This document shows positions 10,475 through 20,231 of a DNA stretch of 64,000 nt, in pieces (the stretch's first letter is position 1; each line of letters opens with the position of its first letter). The translations under genes were made by a program, and so were the position numbers. Origin of the DNA: Candidatus Latescibacterota bacterium (GTDB lineage: Bacteria > Latescibacterota > UBA2968); assembly GCA_965207885.1 (NCBI GenBank), contig OZ242311.1:5280001-5344000 (forward strand). The letters are read 5' to 3'. The notes under the pieces are model-generated. The model made no database searches. It was not told the DNA's origin and saw only the letters and a list, made by a program, of their open reading frames with translations.

Positions 10475-10695
10475 AGTGCTACCTCCTTTCGCAAACTGCG
10501 AAAAATGAACGACTTAACAACTTTAACTATGCAACGCAAAAAAATCTATCTCTATTCATCACCTCCTTTTGTTTGTTATCACATCTGAAACATACAGCAC
10601 AAAAACAGCCATCAAGACATAATAGATTGAAAATTTGTTTCAAAAATGTTTCTAAAAATTCAATTTAATGTAAAAAAAAATTACGCGCTATGCAA

Positions 10696-11895
10696 TCATT
10701 TTTTTGCCTCTAACCGCAACCGCCTTGCCTCCGTGCGGATCTTATCCATCTCCATCTTCATCCGCACGATACCCTCCCAATGCGTATAATCTGGCGAATG
10801 GTGATACGCCGCCTTAAATGTAGTCGCGTGATAAAACTTGAACAACCTGAAAAACGCCTGCTCAATCTCCGATGTATTTTCGTACAACTGCTGCCCGCCC
10901 AGTTCAAAAGCGTGTCCAACCACCGGATTGGCCGGACGGTCTTCGGGCATGGGATCCAGCGCTCCTTCATCGTACAGCGCCTTAATCACCGCATAAGACT
11001 CTGCAACCAGCGCGTCGGCCTCGCGCTTAATCGCATCTGCACGCTCCAGGCTCTCTCGGGAAAACCGATTGGAATGACAGGGCGCACACACCTGCAACAT
11101 CGCATTCCGATTCGCTTCAAACTCCTCTTTTGTCAAACGTTTCATCGCCAGATGCGGCAAAAAATCCTCCTCGAGCACTGCCCCCGTAAACACCGCACCC
11201 AACCCGATATTTGCCACATGCCCGTGATCGCCATTGGGCATGTGGCACGTCACGCAACTCGGCGACTTCTCGGCATCTCTATCCGCATAATACAAAACCC
11301 CGTGAATACTCGTCTTATACGCCTCCATCACCGGATGGTCCGGACCGCCGTGACAAACGGCACATGCCTCTGGCTCTCGCGCAAGCGCCGCGCTAAATTC
11401 ATGACTCGGATGACAGGTGTTGCACCCTCCCACGCTGCCATCGGCAAACCGCGCGCCAATGCTGTGGCACCCCATACACCCCTCTTCTTGCATCGCGCGC
11501 GACTGTGCCAAAAAACGCGCATCTGACAACGCAGCCAATTCCGCATCGGCATGCCCGCTCTCTGCAAATGCCTCGACCTCTTCTGCGTGACATTTGCCAC
11601 ACATCCCCGCCGACACCTGCCCCCGAACAGCAAAAACCGTCTCGTGGTTCTCACCGTGGCAATCCGCACACCCCACATTGGCTCGAAAATGGGCACTCTC
11701 GCGCCACTGTTTATCCATACCCGGATCGATATTCCGATGGCACCCCTCGCACGACTGGTCACTCTGGATGCGCCACAAAAAACCCGGGCGAGCGGCAAAC
11801 CGAACCGCCTCTTCCGGCTGCAACACATAAAACACACCAAAAGCGCAACCCAATACCAGCACGCCAATGCCAACAATTTTCATCCAGCGCTTCAC
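10696..11895 (-). CDS. Membrane-anchored octaheme cytochrome c, hydroxylamine-oxidoreductase-like
   Basis: Eight CxxCH motifs (CEGCH, CADCH, CGKCH, CMGCH, CNTCH, CAVCH, CVTCH, CAPCH), HEFS...AREPEAC, GPDHP and HHSPDYTHWEG. Confidence 0.85.
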   Translation of the reverse strand: MKRWMKIVGIGVLVLGCAFGVFYVLQPEEAVRFAARPGFLWRIQSDQSCEGCHRNIDPGMDKQWRESAHFRANVGCADCHGENHETVFAVRGQVSAGMCGKCHAEEVEAFAESGHADAELAALSDARFLAQSRAMQEEGCMGCHSIGARFADGSVGGCNTCHPSHEFSAALAREPEACAVCHGGPDHPVMEAYKTSIHGVLYYADRDAEKSPSCVTCHMPNGDHGHVANIGLGAVFTGAVLEEDFLPHLAMKRLTKEEFEANRNAMLQVCAPCHSNRFSRESLERADAIKREADALVAESYAVIKALYDEGALDPMPEDRPANPVVGHAFELGGQQLYENTSEIEQAFFRLFKFYHATTFKAAYHHSPDYTHWEGIVRMKMEMDKIRTEARRLRLEAKK

Positions 11896-14657
11896 AATTC
11901 ACGCCCTTCCAATTCGCGCAACAAATCGCGCACCTGCACATTGCCCGGCTCTCGCGCAATCACGCGCCTCAAAATCGCAACCGCACTATCTCGCTGCCCG
12001 CCTATGGCATAAGCCTGTCCCATAAACAACTCCAACCCCTGCGCTTCTGGCTCCAGCACCCACGCCTGTCGATATACAGACAGCGCACCTCCTATATCGC
12101 CGCGCTCCTGTAAAACCGTACCCAGCACAGTAAGCGCAGGCACATAAAAAGGATCGACAATCAACGCATCCACCAAAAGAGATTCCGCAACCTCTAACTC
12201 GCCCAAATCAGCCCGAATAAGCCCCTGCATCGCATACACATCAGCGCGGTTGGCATGGTATTTCACCGCAACTTCAAAATGCGGCAACGCATCTGCGAGC
12301 GCACCCTGCACATAGACGCGGTGCCCGGCGGCAAAAACCGAATCCGATTTTGCGATCCCCACATCTCGCGCCTGCCTGCCCAAACCAAATAAACCCGTAC
12401 CCGCATCCTCCATTTCCAGCGCCCTGCCATAAGCCGCGCGCGCCAACGCCCAATCGCCCGACAGCGCATGTGCCGTCCCCCTTTCCACCCAATCGCCTAT
12501 CGGCATCTCGTCCCACTCATAATCATCGCGCACCTCGCCATCGCCAGCCGAAAACGCCAATAACGCGAGTTGTCGAATCGCCGGAACATATCCCGACGCA
12601 ATTGCAAGTGCGCGGCGATAGGCTTCGATAGCATCTGCGCGATCCCCACTACCCCACAGCGCATTACCCACAGCGGTATGCAAAACGGGCGAACCCTCGC
12701 GCACATCATCAAAAGTTGTCGCAGCATCTGCATAGCGTCCATGGTGCAACAGCAATGCACCTGCGCGCAACCGGGAAGTCAAATCGCTCTTCTCCCTGAG
12801 CAACGCCCTCATCTGCTCAAAACGCTTCTGTTTTTGCGCCAATCGCGCCAGATCTGCCGCGGTCTCCGGATGCCGGGGGTCTAACTTTGCAACAATCTCA
12901 AACTCCCGCCTCGCATCTTCAAAAAGCCCCTGCGCTTCATAGACCTGCCCCAAACCCTCGTGAAAGCCCGGATCGTCGCCCTGCACGCCATACACCACAT
13001 CGCGATGCTCCTCAAGTGCCCGGCGGAACGCATCGCCCACAGCGGAACCATCCGGCAAATAGCCAATATCCATCAACGCAAACGGCGCTTGCACCCGCAC
13101 AATGCGCGCCGAATCGGACAACGCATCCAAAAGCGCTGGCAAACCGCGCACATCGCCCAAACGCCCCAGCGAAATCGCCGCCTTCATCCGCACCATCGCA
13201 TGCGAATCACCCATCGCCTCAACCAGTGCCGGCACCGCACGCGCATCCTCCACCCCCCCCAGCAAAGACGCAGCCGTTGCACGCCAAACTGCACTCTCAC
13301 GCCCATCGTTTACCAACTTCATCAACGGCGCCACATCACCGCCCTTTTGCCCATTCGCAATCGCCGTTGTACGCGCCACAATTTCGCGCTGATAATCGCC
13401 GTACCACTGCTTTGCCCAGGCAGAAGCCCATTGAGCGGACTTATCTTCGTGACACTGATTGCACGCATTGGGCACCCCATTGACCACCGTATTTTCCGGC
13501 GCAGGGGATGCAATGCGGTGATCCGTCAAATTTTCTCCCGTCACATAGTGATATGGCATGTGACACTGCACGCATTGATTGCCCACACTGCCCGCGCGGT
13601 GATGCCCATGCGCGACCGGATCGGCTGCGACATCACCATGACACGTTTCGCACAACTCCACGCCATTTCGGTCCGCCAACAGATCTACATCGCGCGCTGT
13701 TCCGTGCGCGTCGTGGCACGTCGTACACGTCAATTCACCCTGAATATAACACGCACTCATCAAATGCAATGCCGCCGGATATAAATAAACCCGGGGCTGT
13801 CCATCGGGATAAAAAATCGCCTCGTCATCTGGCAACACAAGAGAATAATAATCGTAAAAATTCTCACCCGGCAAATACCCGGTCGCCACAATTTCCTTGG
13901 CGGAATGACACTGTGCACACACCTCAACAGACCGTTCCTTATCCAGCGACCGCAACAACAGCAAATGCAGCGGGGCATCGACCTGTCCGCGCGTCTCATC
14001 GTGTTTGCCCGACGGCCCGTGGCACGCCTCGCAATCAATACTCAGACTGCCCACAGTCGTGCGATAAGTCTGAGTAGGCACATCGTAATGCTTTTGCACC
14101 CGGCTGGCATGGCAATCAAAACAGTGAAAATTCCACGTGCGCCCCGCATTCGTCCAATAATAATAATCTTCTCCCGCAAGGGGCCGCGACTGAGCCACCA
14201 CCCCTCCTTCTTGTGCATCAACCCAATCATTTGTCGCGCCATCGTGATACAGCGGCAACACCTGCCACCGCCCATTGGGAAAAGCCGTCAAATAAGCCTG
14301 ATGCTGCCGCTTGCCAATCGCGTAATCCACGCGATGTGCTCTAACGCGCCCATCCTCATCCTCAGTCTGCATATAATACGCATCGCCTCTGCGAAACATG
14401 CGCGAACGCACACCGCCATACACATGGGACACATTGCCAAAATCGCCCACAATCGTCGAATCACTCGGCACAGTCATAGCGACGCTGTGCAAACTCTGCC
14501 GCCACTCGGCATACTTGTCGGTATGGCAGGCAGCGCACCGTTCCAGCCCCGTAAACCCCGGCTCAGAAGCGCGCACCAAATTGGGCACCTCGCGCTCCCG
14601 GCTGCACGACGCAAACACCAGAATCACCCATAAAATGTGAAATATCCCAAACCGCAT
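11892..14657 (-). CDS. Lipoprotein: octaheme cytochrome c plus HEAT repeats plus TPR repeats
   Basis: Lipobox FASC, eight CxxCH motifs, HEAT repeats (AVPALVEAMGD) and C-terminal TPRs. Confidence 0.85.
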   Translation of the reverse strand: MRFGIFHILWVILVFASCSREREVPNLVRASEPGFTGLERCAACHTDKYAEWRQSLHSVAMTVPSDSTIVGDFGNVSHVYGGVRSRMFRRGDAYYMQTEDEDGRVRAHRVDYAIGKRQHQAYLTAFPNGRWQVLPLYHDGATNDWVDAQEGGVVAQSRPLAGEDYYYWTNAGRTWNFHCFDCHASRVQKHYDVPTQTYRTTVGSLSIDCEACHGPSGKHDETRGQVDAPLHLLLLRSLDKERSVEVCAQCHSAKEIVATGYLPGENFYDYYSLVLPDDEAIFYPDGQPRVYLYPAALHLMSACYIQGELTCTTCHDAHGTARDVDLLADRNGVELCETCHGDVAADPVAHGHHRAGSVGNQCVQCHMPYHYVTGENLTDHRIASPAPENTVVNGVPNACNQCHEDKSAQWASAWAKQWYGDYQREIVARTTAIANGQKGGDVAPLMKLVNDGRESAVWRATAASLLGGVEDARAVPALVEAMGDSHAMVRMKAAISLGRLGDVRGLPALLDALSDSARIVRVQAPFALMDIGYLPDGSAVGDAFRRALEEHRDVVYGVQGDDPGFHEGLGQVYEAQGLFEDARREFEIVAKLDPRHPETAADLARLAQKQKRFEQMRALLREKSDLTSRLRAGALLLHHGRYADAATTFDDVREGSPVLHTAVGNALWGSGDRADAIEAYRRALAIASGYVPAIRQLALLAFSAGDGEVRDDYEWDEMPIGDWVERGTAHALSGDWALARAAYGRALEMEDAGTGLFGLGRQARDVGIAKSDSVFAAGHRVYVQGALADALPHFEVAVKYHANRADVYAMQGLIRADLGELEVAESLLVDALIVDPFYVPALTVLGTVLQERGDIGGALSVYRQAWVLEPEAQGLELFMGQAYAIGGQRDSAVAILRRVIAREPGNVQVRDLLRELEGREL

Positions 14658-14749
14658 AACACGTCCTGTTGATGCGCCAATAAAAAATGTAAACCGTCAC
14701 CCCCACAAGAGCAACGGCCACCAATGCGATGACAATAGCAGTGTCGCAC

Positions 14750-15616
14750 TTAAGGCTCTCCCCGCGCACACCGAAACCCAATATGGGCAAATATTTCATA
14801 AGTATCAAAATCGTCGCGCGACAGAGCTTGCTCTTCCATAATCAAAACCGTACTCCGCACAAACACGCGGATACTGGGTTGTGGTGAAAACCAACTCCCA
14901 CCGCGCAACGTGCGATCTGGCCCATCTTTCATACCTGAATTTTCTAAATTAACCGGATTGTGCCTGGGGCTATTTGCGTAATACGTATGCTGGTATTCAT
15001 CCAGCGTCCACTCCCACACATTGCCCGCCATATCCATCGCGCCATAAGGACTTGCACCATTCGGATAGCTGCCCACGGGCATGGGACCCGAACTGAAATT
15101 AAAATTGCACAGCGATTCACTCGCAGGCTCATTGCCCCAGGGAAACACGCGCCCATCTATACCCGCAGCGGTCAATTCCCACTGCGCCTCGCTCGGCAAT
15201 TGCAAACCCGCCCACTGGCAATAATCTCGCGCTTGAGACCACAAAACCCCCACCGCTGGCTGATCGGGTCGATCAAACCCCTCTATTCGAAAGTACTGCG
15301 GTTCTTCATTTCCCGTAGCCTCCACAAAAGCCAAATACTGCGCGTTGGTGACCTCGTATTTATCAATATAAAAAGCGTCGAGCATCACCTCGTGCGGCGG
15401 GCGCTCATTCGAAGGCCCATCGCTCGACCCCATCGTAAAGGTGCTGGCCGGAACAAAAACCTGCACATGCTCCGTACCCGCAGGCGTGGTCACAACAGAT
15501 TCTTCAATCACATATTCTGGATCGACCGCCTTGCTACAAGCCATGGCCAATGCAATACCCAAAACGCCGAATCGATAAACCGTTTTTGGTATCATGACGC
15601 ACTCCATCACGTCCAA
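14750..15616 (-). CDS. FGE-sulfatase/SUMF1 domain lipoprotein
   Basis: FTMGS, P.HEV.L..FYIDKYEVTN, LPSEAQWE, DMAGNVWEW, RGGSW and GFRCA motifs, lipobox-like AMAC. Start codon uncertain. Confidence 0.9.
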   Translation of the reverse strand: MDVMECVMIPKTVYRFGVLGIALAMACSKAVDPEYVIEESVVTTPAGTEHVQVFVPASTFTMGSSDGPSNERPPHEVMLDAFYIDKYEVTNAQYLAFVEATGNEEPQYFRIEGFDRPDQPAVGVLWSQARDYCQWAGLQLPSEAQWELTAAGIDGRVFPWGNEPASESLCNFNFSSGPMPVGSYPNGASPYGAMDMAGNVWEWTLDEYQHTYYANSPRHNPVNLENSGMKDGPDRTLRGGSWFSPQPSIRVFVRSTVLIMEEQALSRDDFDTYEIFAHIGFRCARGEP

Positions 15617-16644
15617 ACAATATAATTGCCCGAATCCACCATAATGCGATGCACATACGTCTCGATCATGGCGTGATCCCGCTCGTGTTCTGCGGTCTTT
15701 AAACTAAATGGCCGCAACACTGGAATTTGCATCTCTGGATCTGTCCAATCTTGCACATAAACCGAATTTTTCATACCGCTCAACACAACCTGAATATCGG
15801 TTATCAAATCATCCGTAAAATGATTGGGCAAATCCCAAAGCGCTATCTCAGTATCAAAAGACTGCAAATCAGATACAAACCGCGTTTTGTGACTCTGAAC
15901 AGTCTCATTAAACGCCCTCTGCAACGCCATGCGCCCATCCAAATGCGTGCATGTACGCACCAGAGGTCCCAAATCTTTGGGACACACCACCGCGTGAACC
16001 GTCGTCACCTTCTCATTTTCTCCCGGCACAGCCACAGCCAGCATCTTCTCTGTAACGCGAGGGGAAAAACCCGTCAAATTCGGATCGATAAATTGCCGGT
16101 GTTCCAACCCGGGCCAGTAAAAATGCCTCCCCACATCCAGGTGCTCGTGCATCTCCAGCAAACCGTGAAACACGCACTCCAGCACAGTATTGCCCGCCGA
16201 GACCCCATTTGCCGAATCATTCAAATGCGGCACATCCGACACCTTCATATTGGACGGCACAAGCTCTACATCGGAAGTCAACTCATAAATGGGAGTCTCC
16301 CTCCCGCTCGCCAGCGCATCAAAAAACGAAATGCGCTCGACCGCCTCTGCCATCGCCCCGGCCAGCACTTGCTGTTTGGAAAGCCCCTTGCCCATCGTTC
16401 GAAGCGCGATACCCTCCATCAGAGGCCCTTCGTATTTGCGAAACAGTGCCGACTGCACGTAATCCGTATAACAATCGGCGATCCACACCGTATCGTAAAA
16501 CCGCCGCGCGCGCGTTTGAAACCGACACTTTTTGGACAGCGCCTCCCCAAACCGCGCAATGGTCTCTTCAAACGGAACCGTGCGATCGGCAACAACAATG
16601 CTTGTGCCGTAATGATTGAATACGGTATGATGCGACTCGCTCAT
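15607..16644 (-). CDS. Stand-alone YcaO-like protein
   Basis: GKGLS...AGAMAEAVER, SANGVSAGNT...GLLEMHEHLD and AFNETVQS match YcaO ATP/Mg motifs, with some substitutions. Confidence 0.8.
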   Translation of the reverse strand: MSESHHTVFNHYGTSIVVADRTVPFEETIARFGEALSKKCRFQTRARRFYDTVWIADCYTDYVQSALFRKYEGPLMEGIALRTMGKGLSKQQVLAGAMAEAVERISFFDALASGRETPIYELTSDVELVPSNMKVSDVPHLNDSANGVSAGNTVLECVFHGLLEMHEHLDVGRHFYWPGLEHRQFIDPNLTGFSPRVTEKMLAVAVPGENEKVTTVHAVVCPKDLGPLVRTCTHLDGRMALQRAFNETVQSHKTRFVSDLQSFDTEIALWDLPNHFTDDLITDIQVVLSGMKNSVYVQDWTDPEMQIPVLRPFSLKTAEHERDHAMIETYVHRIMVDSGNYIVWT

Positions 16645-17774
16645 TGCGCCCGTGCCCGATTCATATCTTCAACCGCCTCGGCAAATCGCCCCATTTGACG
16701 AAACGTCTCCGCGCGGAGTTCTCGTGCCCATCCATTTTCGGGATCAATATCCAACGCCCGTGTAAAATCTGAAACCGCTGACTCATACTGCCCCAGCATT
16801 CGTCGAGACTCCCCGCGATTTGCCCAAATCCACGCATCCCTGTTCTCCAGCATCACCGCCCGATCAAAATCGATCAGCGACGCCTCGGGATCATTTTCCA
16901 TCCGCAATGCAACGCCTCGCCCCATAAGTGCCCAAAGATGATCGGGAAAAATCTCCAGCGCCCGTGTAAAATCGCGTATTGCTTCGGCACTTCTCCCCAA
17001 TTGCCGCAACATATCACCCCGCGCGGCCAACAAATCCGGGTCGTCAGATGCGATAATGAGTGCGCGATCAAAATCCAAAAGCGCGTCCTCCACTTGACCG
17101 ATCTCTCGCAGCACCTCGCCCCGCCCGATCAATGCACCCAGATGATCGGGCATCACCTTCAAAGCCTGCCCAAACATCTCCATCGCGGCCTCAGCCTCAC
17201 CAGCCTGACGGTAGATCTCCGCCCGCCCGGCAAACGCATCCGGATGCCCATTGCCCACTGCAATCGCCCGGTCAAAATCGACCGCAGCCGCGTTAAACTG
17301 CCCCAACTGCATCAACACATGCCCGCGACTGATCAGCGCGCCAAAATAATCCGCATCCAACGCCAAAACCCGATTGAGATCCCCCAAAGCCTCCTCAAAC
17401 CTCCCTACCTCGCGCAAGGTCTCTCCCCGACTCGCAAGAGCCTGCGTATTTTCCGGATCGAGCGCAACAGCTTTTCCAAAACTATCTATCGCCGCATCAA
17501 ACTGCCCCATCAACCCGCAGGCAATCGCGCGATTGCTCCACACATAGGGATCATCTGGTGCCAGAGCAATTGCGCGGTCAAAATCCGCAATCGCCGCATC
17601 AAATCTCCCCAATTGCCCATAAGTAATCCCGCGCTGAACAAACACAGCGGGATCGCCATCGCGGATTGCAACAGCCGCATCAAAACCCGCAACAGCCGCT
17701 TCCAGATCGCCGCCATCGCGGAGCGCGATAGCGCGCTGAACCACAGATTCAAAGTCATTTATAGATAGAGACAT
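16641..17774 (-). CDS. TPR repeat protein
   Basis: About 11 regular TPRs (RG...LG.F.AA..DFDRAI.L.P). Probable start MSLSINDF at 17774; the ORF extends to 17864. ATGA overlap with ycaO. Confidence 0.88.
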   Translation of the reverse strand: MSLSINDFESVVQRAIALRDGGDLEAAVAGFDAAVAIRDGDPAVFVQRGITYGQLGRFDAAIADFDRAIALAPDDPYVWSNRAIACGLMGQFDAAIDSFGKAVALDPENTQALASRGETLREVGRFEEALGDLNRVLALDADYFGALISRGHVLMQLGQFNAAAVDFDRAIAVGNGHPDAFAGRAEIYRQAGEAEAAMEMFGQALKVMPDHLGALIGRGEVLREIGQVEDALLDFDRALIIASDDPDLLAARGDMLRQLGRSAEAIRDFTRALEIFPDHLWALMGRGVALRMENDPEASLIDFDRAVMLENRDAWIWANRGESRRMLGQYESAVSDFTRALDIDPENGWARELRAETFRQMGRFAEAVEDMNRARAQ

Positions 17775-17920
17775 AGAAAAAAAAGTGGGAACCCCGAAAC
17801 AGCCCAAACGTGAACACAATGTAGATAAACAAAACCCCAAAATCAAGCGCAAACCCCGTGACATTTTGCGCGCGATTTAGTATATTAGCAATCAGCTATC
17901 AGCAGTCAGCTAAAAACCTT

Positions 17921-18023
17921 CTGGATCGCGGCTCAAGCATGCCCCGTAGTGCTTCTATACGGGGACCATGCCGCGATGACGATTGCTACTTGTCACACCT
18001 GCATGCTTTGAGCAGGTGTCCAG
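17921..18023. repeat. Composite REP-like palindromes
   Basis: CTGGATCGCGGC...GCCGCGATGAC with a nested CCCCGTA...TACGGGG hairpin, followed by ACACCTGC...GCAGGTGT. Same family as 29919 and 31860. Confidence 0.6.
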
Positions 18024-18053
18024 GATGAAGCTCTCACCTTATGGAGGAACACC

Positions 18054-19364
18054 ATGAAACACCTGCGAATGCGTATTTTCTCTATCGCCCTATTTTTGGG
18101 CTTATGCACAACAGCTTTTGCCCAGTCCGGAGTGGGTGAAAAAGTAAACGAATTTCAACTTCAAGCCACCGATGGCAGATCTTATGGCGTCAGCCATTCG
18201 ACCAACACGGTCTCCGTCCTCTTTTTTGTAGGTTACAACTGAGGGACTTGCATAGGGGCGGGTCCCGCCTTTGAAAAAGATGTTCACCAACGCAACAAAG
18301 ACAAAACCGGCATACAGATCCTCACACTCGACAGATACGACGGCAACCGCACACAGGCAACATCCTATCTGACGCGATCCAGTGTCACGACGCCCATGCT
18401 CACAAGTGCCTCTGGCGTCTCCGCAACTCTCGGCACTCGCAACGAGGACATCCTCGTCATCGACCAAGGCGGCATCCTGCGCCTCAGAACCACAGCAATC
18501 GCCACTGGCTCTGCTGACCTGGTCAACGCGCAAGTCGATGCACTACTCAACAAAACGCCTGTTATTTCCCTCTTCCCATCAGAGATCTACTTTGGCAGAA
18601 CCCTTGAAGTAGGGCAATCCAAAACCGTAGAATTTAAAATCGAAAACACCGGTGCAGGACCCCTCGAAATCACCGGATACTCGGCTCCCGAAGGCATCAC
18701 AATGGAGCCATCCACACTGACCATAGCTCCTGGCGAAAGCAAAACCGTACAAATCACCCTGACGCCAATGCAAGCCGGCACATTTTCGGGTAAAATCACC
18801 CTCCAACACGGCGAACAAAGTGTTGGCACCCTGGAAATACCCGTTCTCGACCTCACCATCGAAGCGTCCCCGCTCCCGATCATTTCACTAATTCAGGAAA
18901 ATTTGAGTTTGGGTGAAATCGAAATGGGCAGAGGCATCACAACAACATTTACCATCACAAATACTGGTACAGGCCCACTCAACATCACAGACATCCAATC
19001 CGACATCGCGGGCATTGCGCTTTCAGAAACCCAATTAACAGTGCCACCCGGTCAATCTCAGGACATCACCGTGACTTTCAATCCGCCAGCTCCAGGTCCA
19101 ATTACCGGCACCATCGACATAATCTCAAACGACCCGGAAAAAGCCTCAATCAGCCTGACCATCACCGGTTCGGCCATCTTCATCCCCGCTGATCCACGCA
19201 CCGACTTCAATGGTTCGCTCACCGTTGACTTTTATGACTTCCTCCTATTCTCAGAAGCCTTTGGCACGGCCAATGCAAACTTTGATCTCGACGGGTCCGG
19301 CACTGTTGACTTTCCCGACTTTCTCATATTTGTCGCAAGCTTTGGAAAAGCAGTCAACGGATGA
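18054..19364 (+). CDS. Secreted selenoprotein: redoxin (UxxC) domain, two Ig-like (ASH/choice-of-anchor D) domains and a dockerin/EF-hand-like tail, 436 aa
   Basis: ORFs 18054-18242 and 18396-19364 are in one frame, separated only by TGA 18240-18242. Read-through gives VLFFVGYN-U-GTC, and a hairpin follows the TGA directly. The tail DFNGSLTVDFYDFLLF is repeated. Confidence 0.85.
18243..18266 (+). promoter_or_regulatory. Candidate bacterial SECIS hairpin
   Basis: GGGACTTGC-ATAGGG-GCGGGTCCC forms a 9-bp stem (two G-U pairs) immediately 3' of the UGA. Confidence 0.6.
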
Positions 19365-19529
19365 TCAGGATGTGCAGAGCCTGCACTGGAACGCCTCTAT
19401 CCAGTGATGAAAGGGTGAACAGGATGAGCCCCCGTCTCAGCCCCCCAGTTCCCAGACCCCTTCTTTTCATCCTGCACTACTTCTTTAATTCACAACTATG
19501 TCCATCTGTGTTAATCCGTGTTCCTTTCC

Positions 19530-20231
19530 ATGTCCCACCGTCAAACGCTCACCAACGCATTCAAACGCATCCTCGAAATAGCGGATCACAACCATCTCTA
19601 TTTGCCCTTTCAACGCGACAGCAAACTGCGGGCAAAACACTTTCCCGGTGCAGGGGCTAAAATCGGGCGGAAAAAACTCATCGACGCATATCTCCAGGAA
19701 TTTGGCGACACAAACCCCGATGAAAAATTACTCCAACACGTCACCTATCCCTGGATTCACGGGTACGACGCCAGCCTCACACATATTCTCGACGACCTTC
19801 GAAAACACCAAAAAAAAGCACCCGCCGAACTTTCTCTTGAGCGCAAACGCGCACTCGAAAAGAAATTTACCCGCACGGGTGCCGAAGAAATCTCCGCCTT
19901 TTGGAGCGTATATGCCGCTGCTGACAACAGCTATCGCAAAAGCGTCATAAAAATGCTCGCCCGCGTCAAACCTCCCGAAACGGCCCCTCCAACCATTCAG
20001 CCGACACAAAAGCCCACAATCCACGATTATCCTCAGCCCGAATCCGCCACACAATCGATATATGCATTGTTGGGCACGCTCATCTTCTTTGTCCCCGCCC
20101 TTATATTTGTTATAATACAATACTGGCGACTCCCGAACGAAAGCCACTACATCGCCCTATCAATCGCCGGATTTTTTGGGCTAATCACACTCATTTTTCT
20201 CATCGACTACCTGCGAAAACGCAACATTTGA
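19530..20231 (+). CDS. Hypothetical membrane protein with two C-terminal TM helices
   Basis: Long ORF with a Pro-rich linker and two hydrophobic segments. Start uncertain (19518 or 19530). Confidence 0.65.
   Translation: MSHRQTLTNAFKRILEIADHNHLYLPFQRDSKLRAKHFPGAGAKIGRKKLIDAYLQEFGDTNPDEKLLQHVTYPWIHGYDASLTHILDDLRKHQKKAPAELSLERKRALEKKFTRTGAEEISAFWSVYAAADNSYRKSVIKMLARVKPPETAPPTIQPTQKPTIHDYPQPESATQSIYALLGTLIFFVPALIFVIIQYWRLPNESHYIALSIAGFFGLITLIFLIDYLRKRNI

Noticed and set aside
14563-14808. 81-aa ORF with a hydrophobic stretch
   Set aside because: It overlaps both flanking genes substantially and has no clear RBS or recognisable motif.
14750-15616. Active formylglycine-generating enzyme
   Set aside because: It lacks the catalytic Cys pair after RGGSW (RGGSWFSPQPSIR), so it is only an FGE-fold protein.
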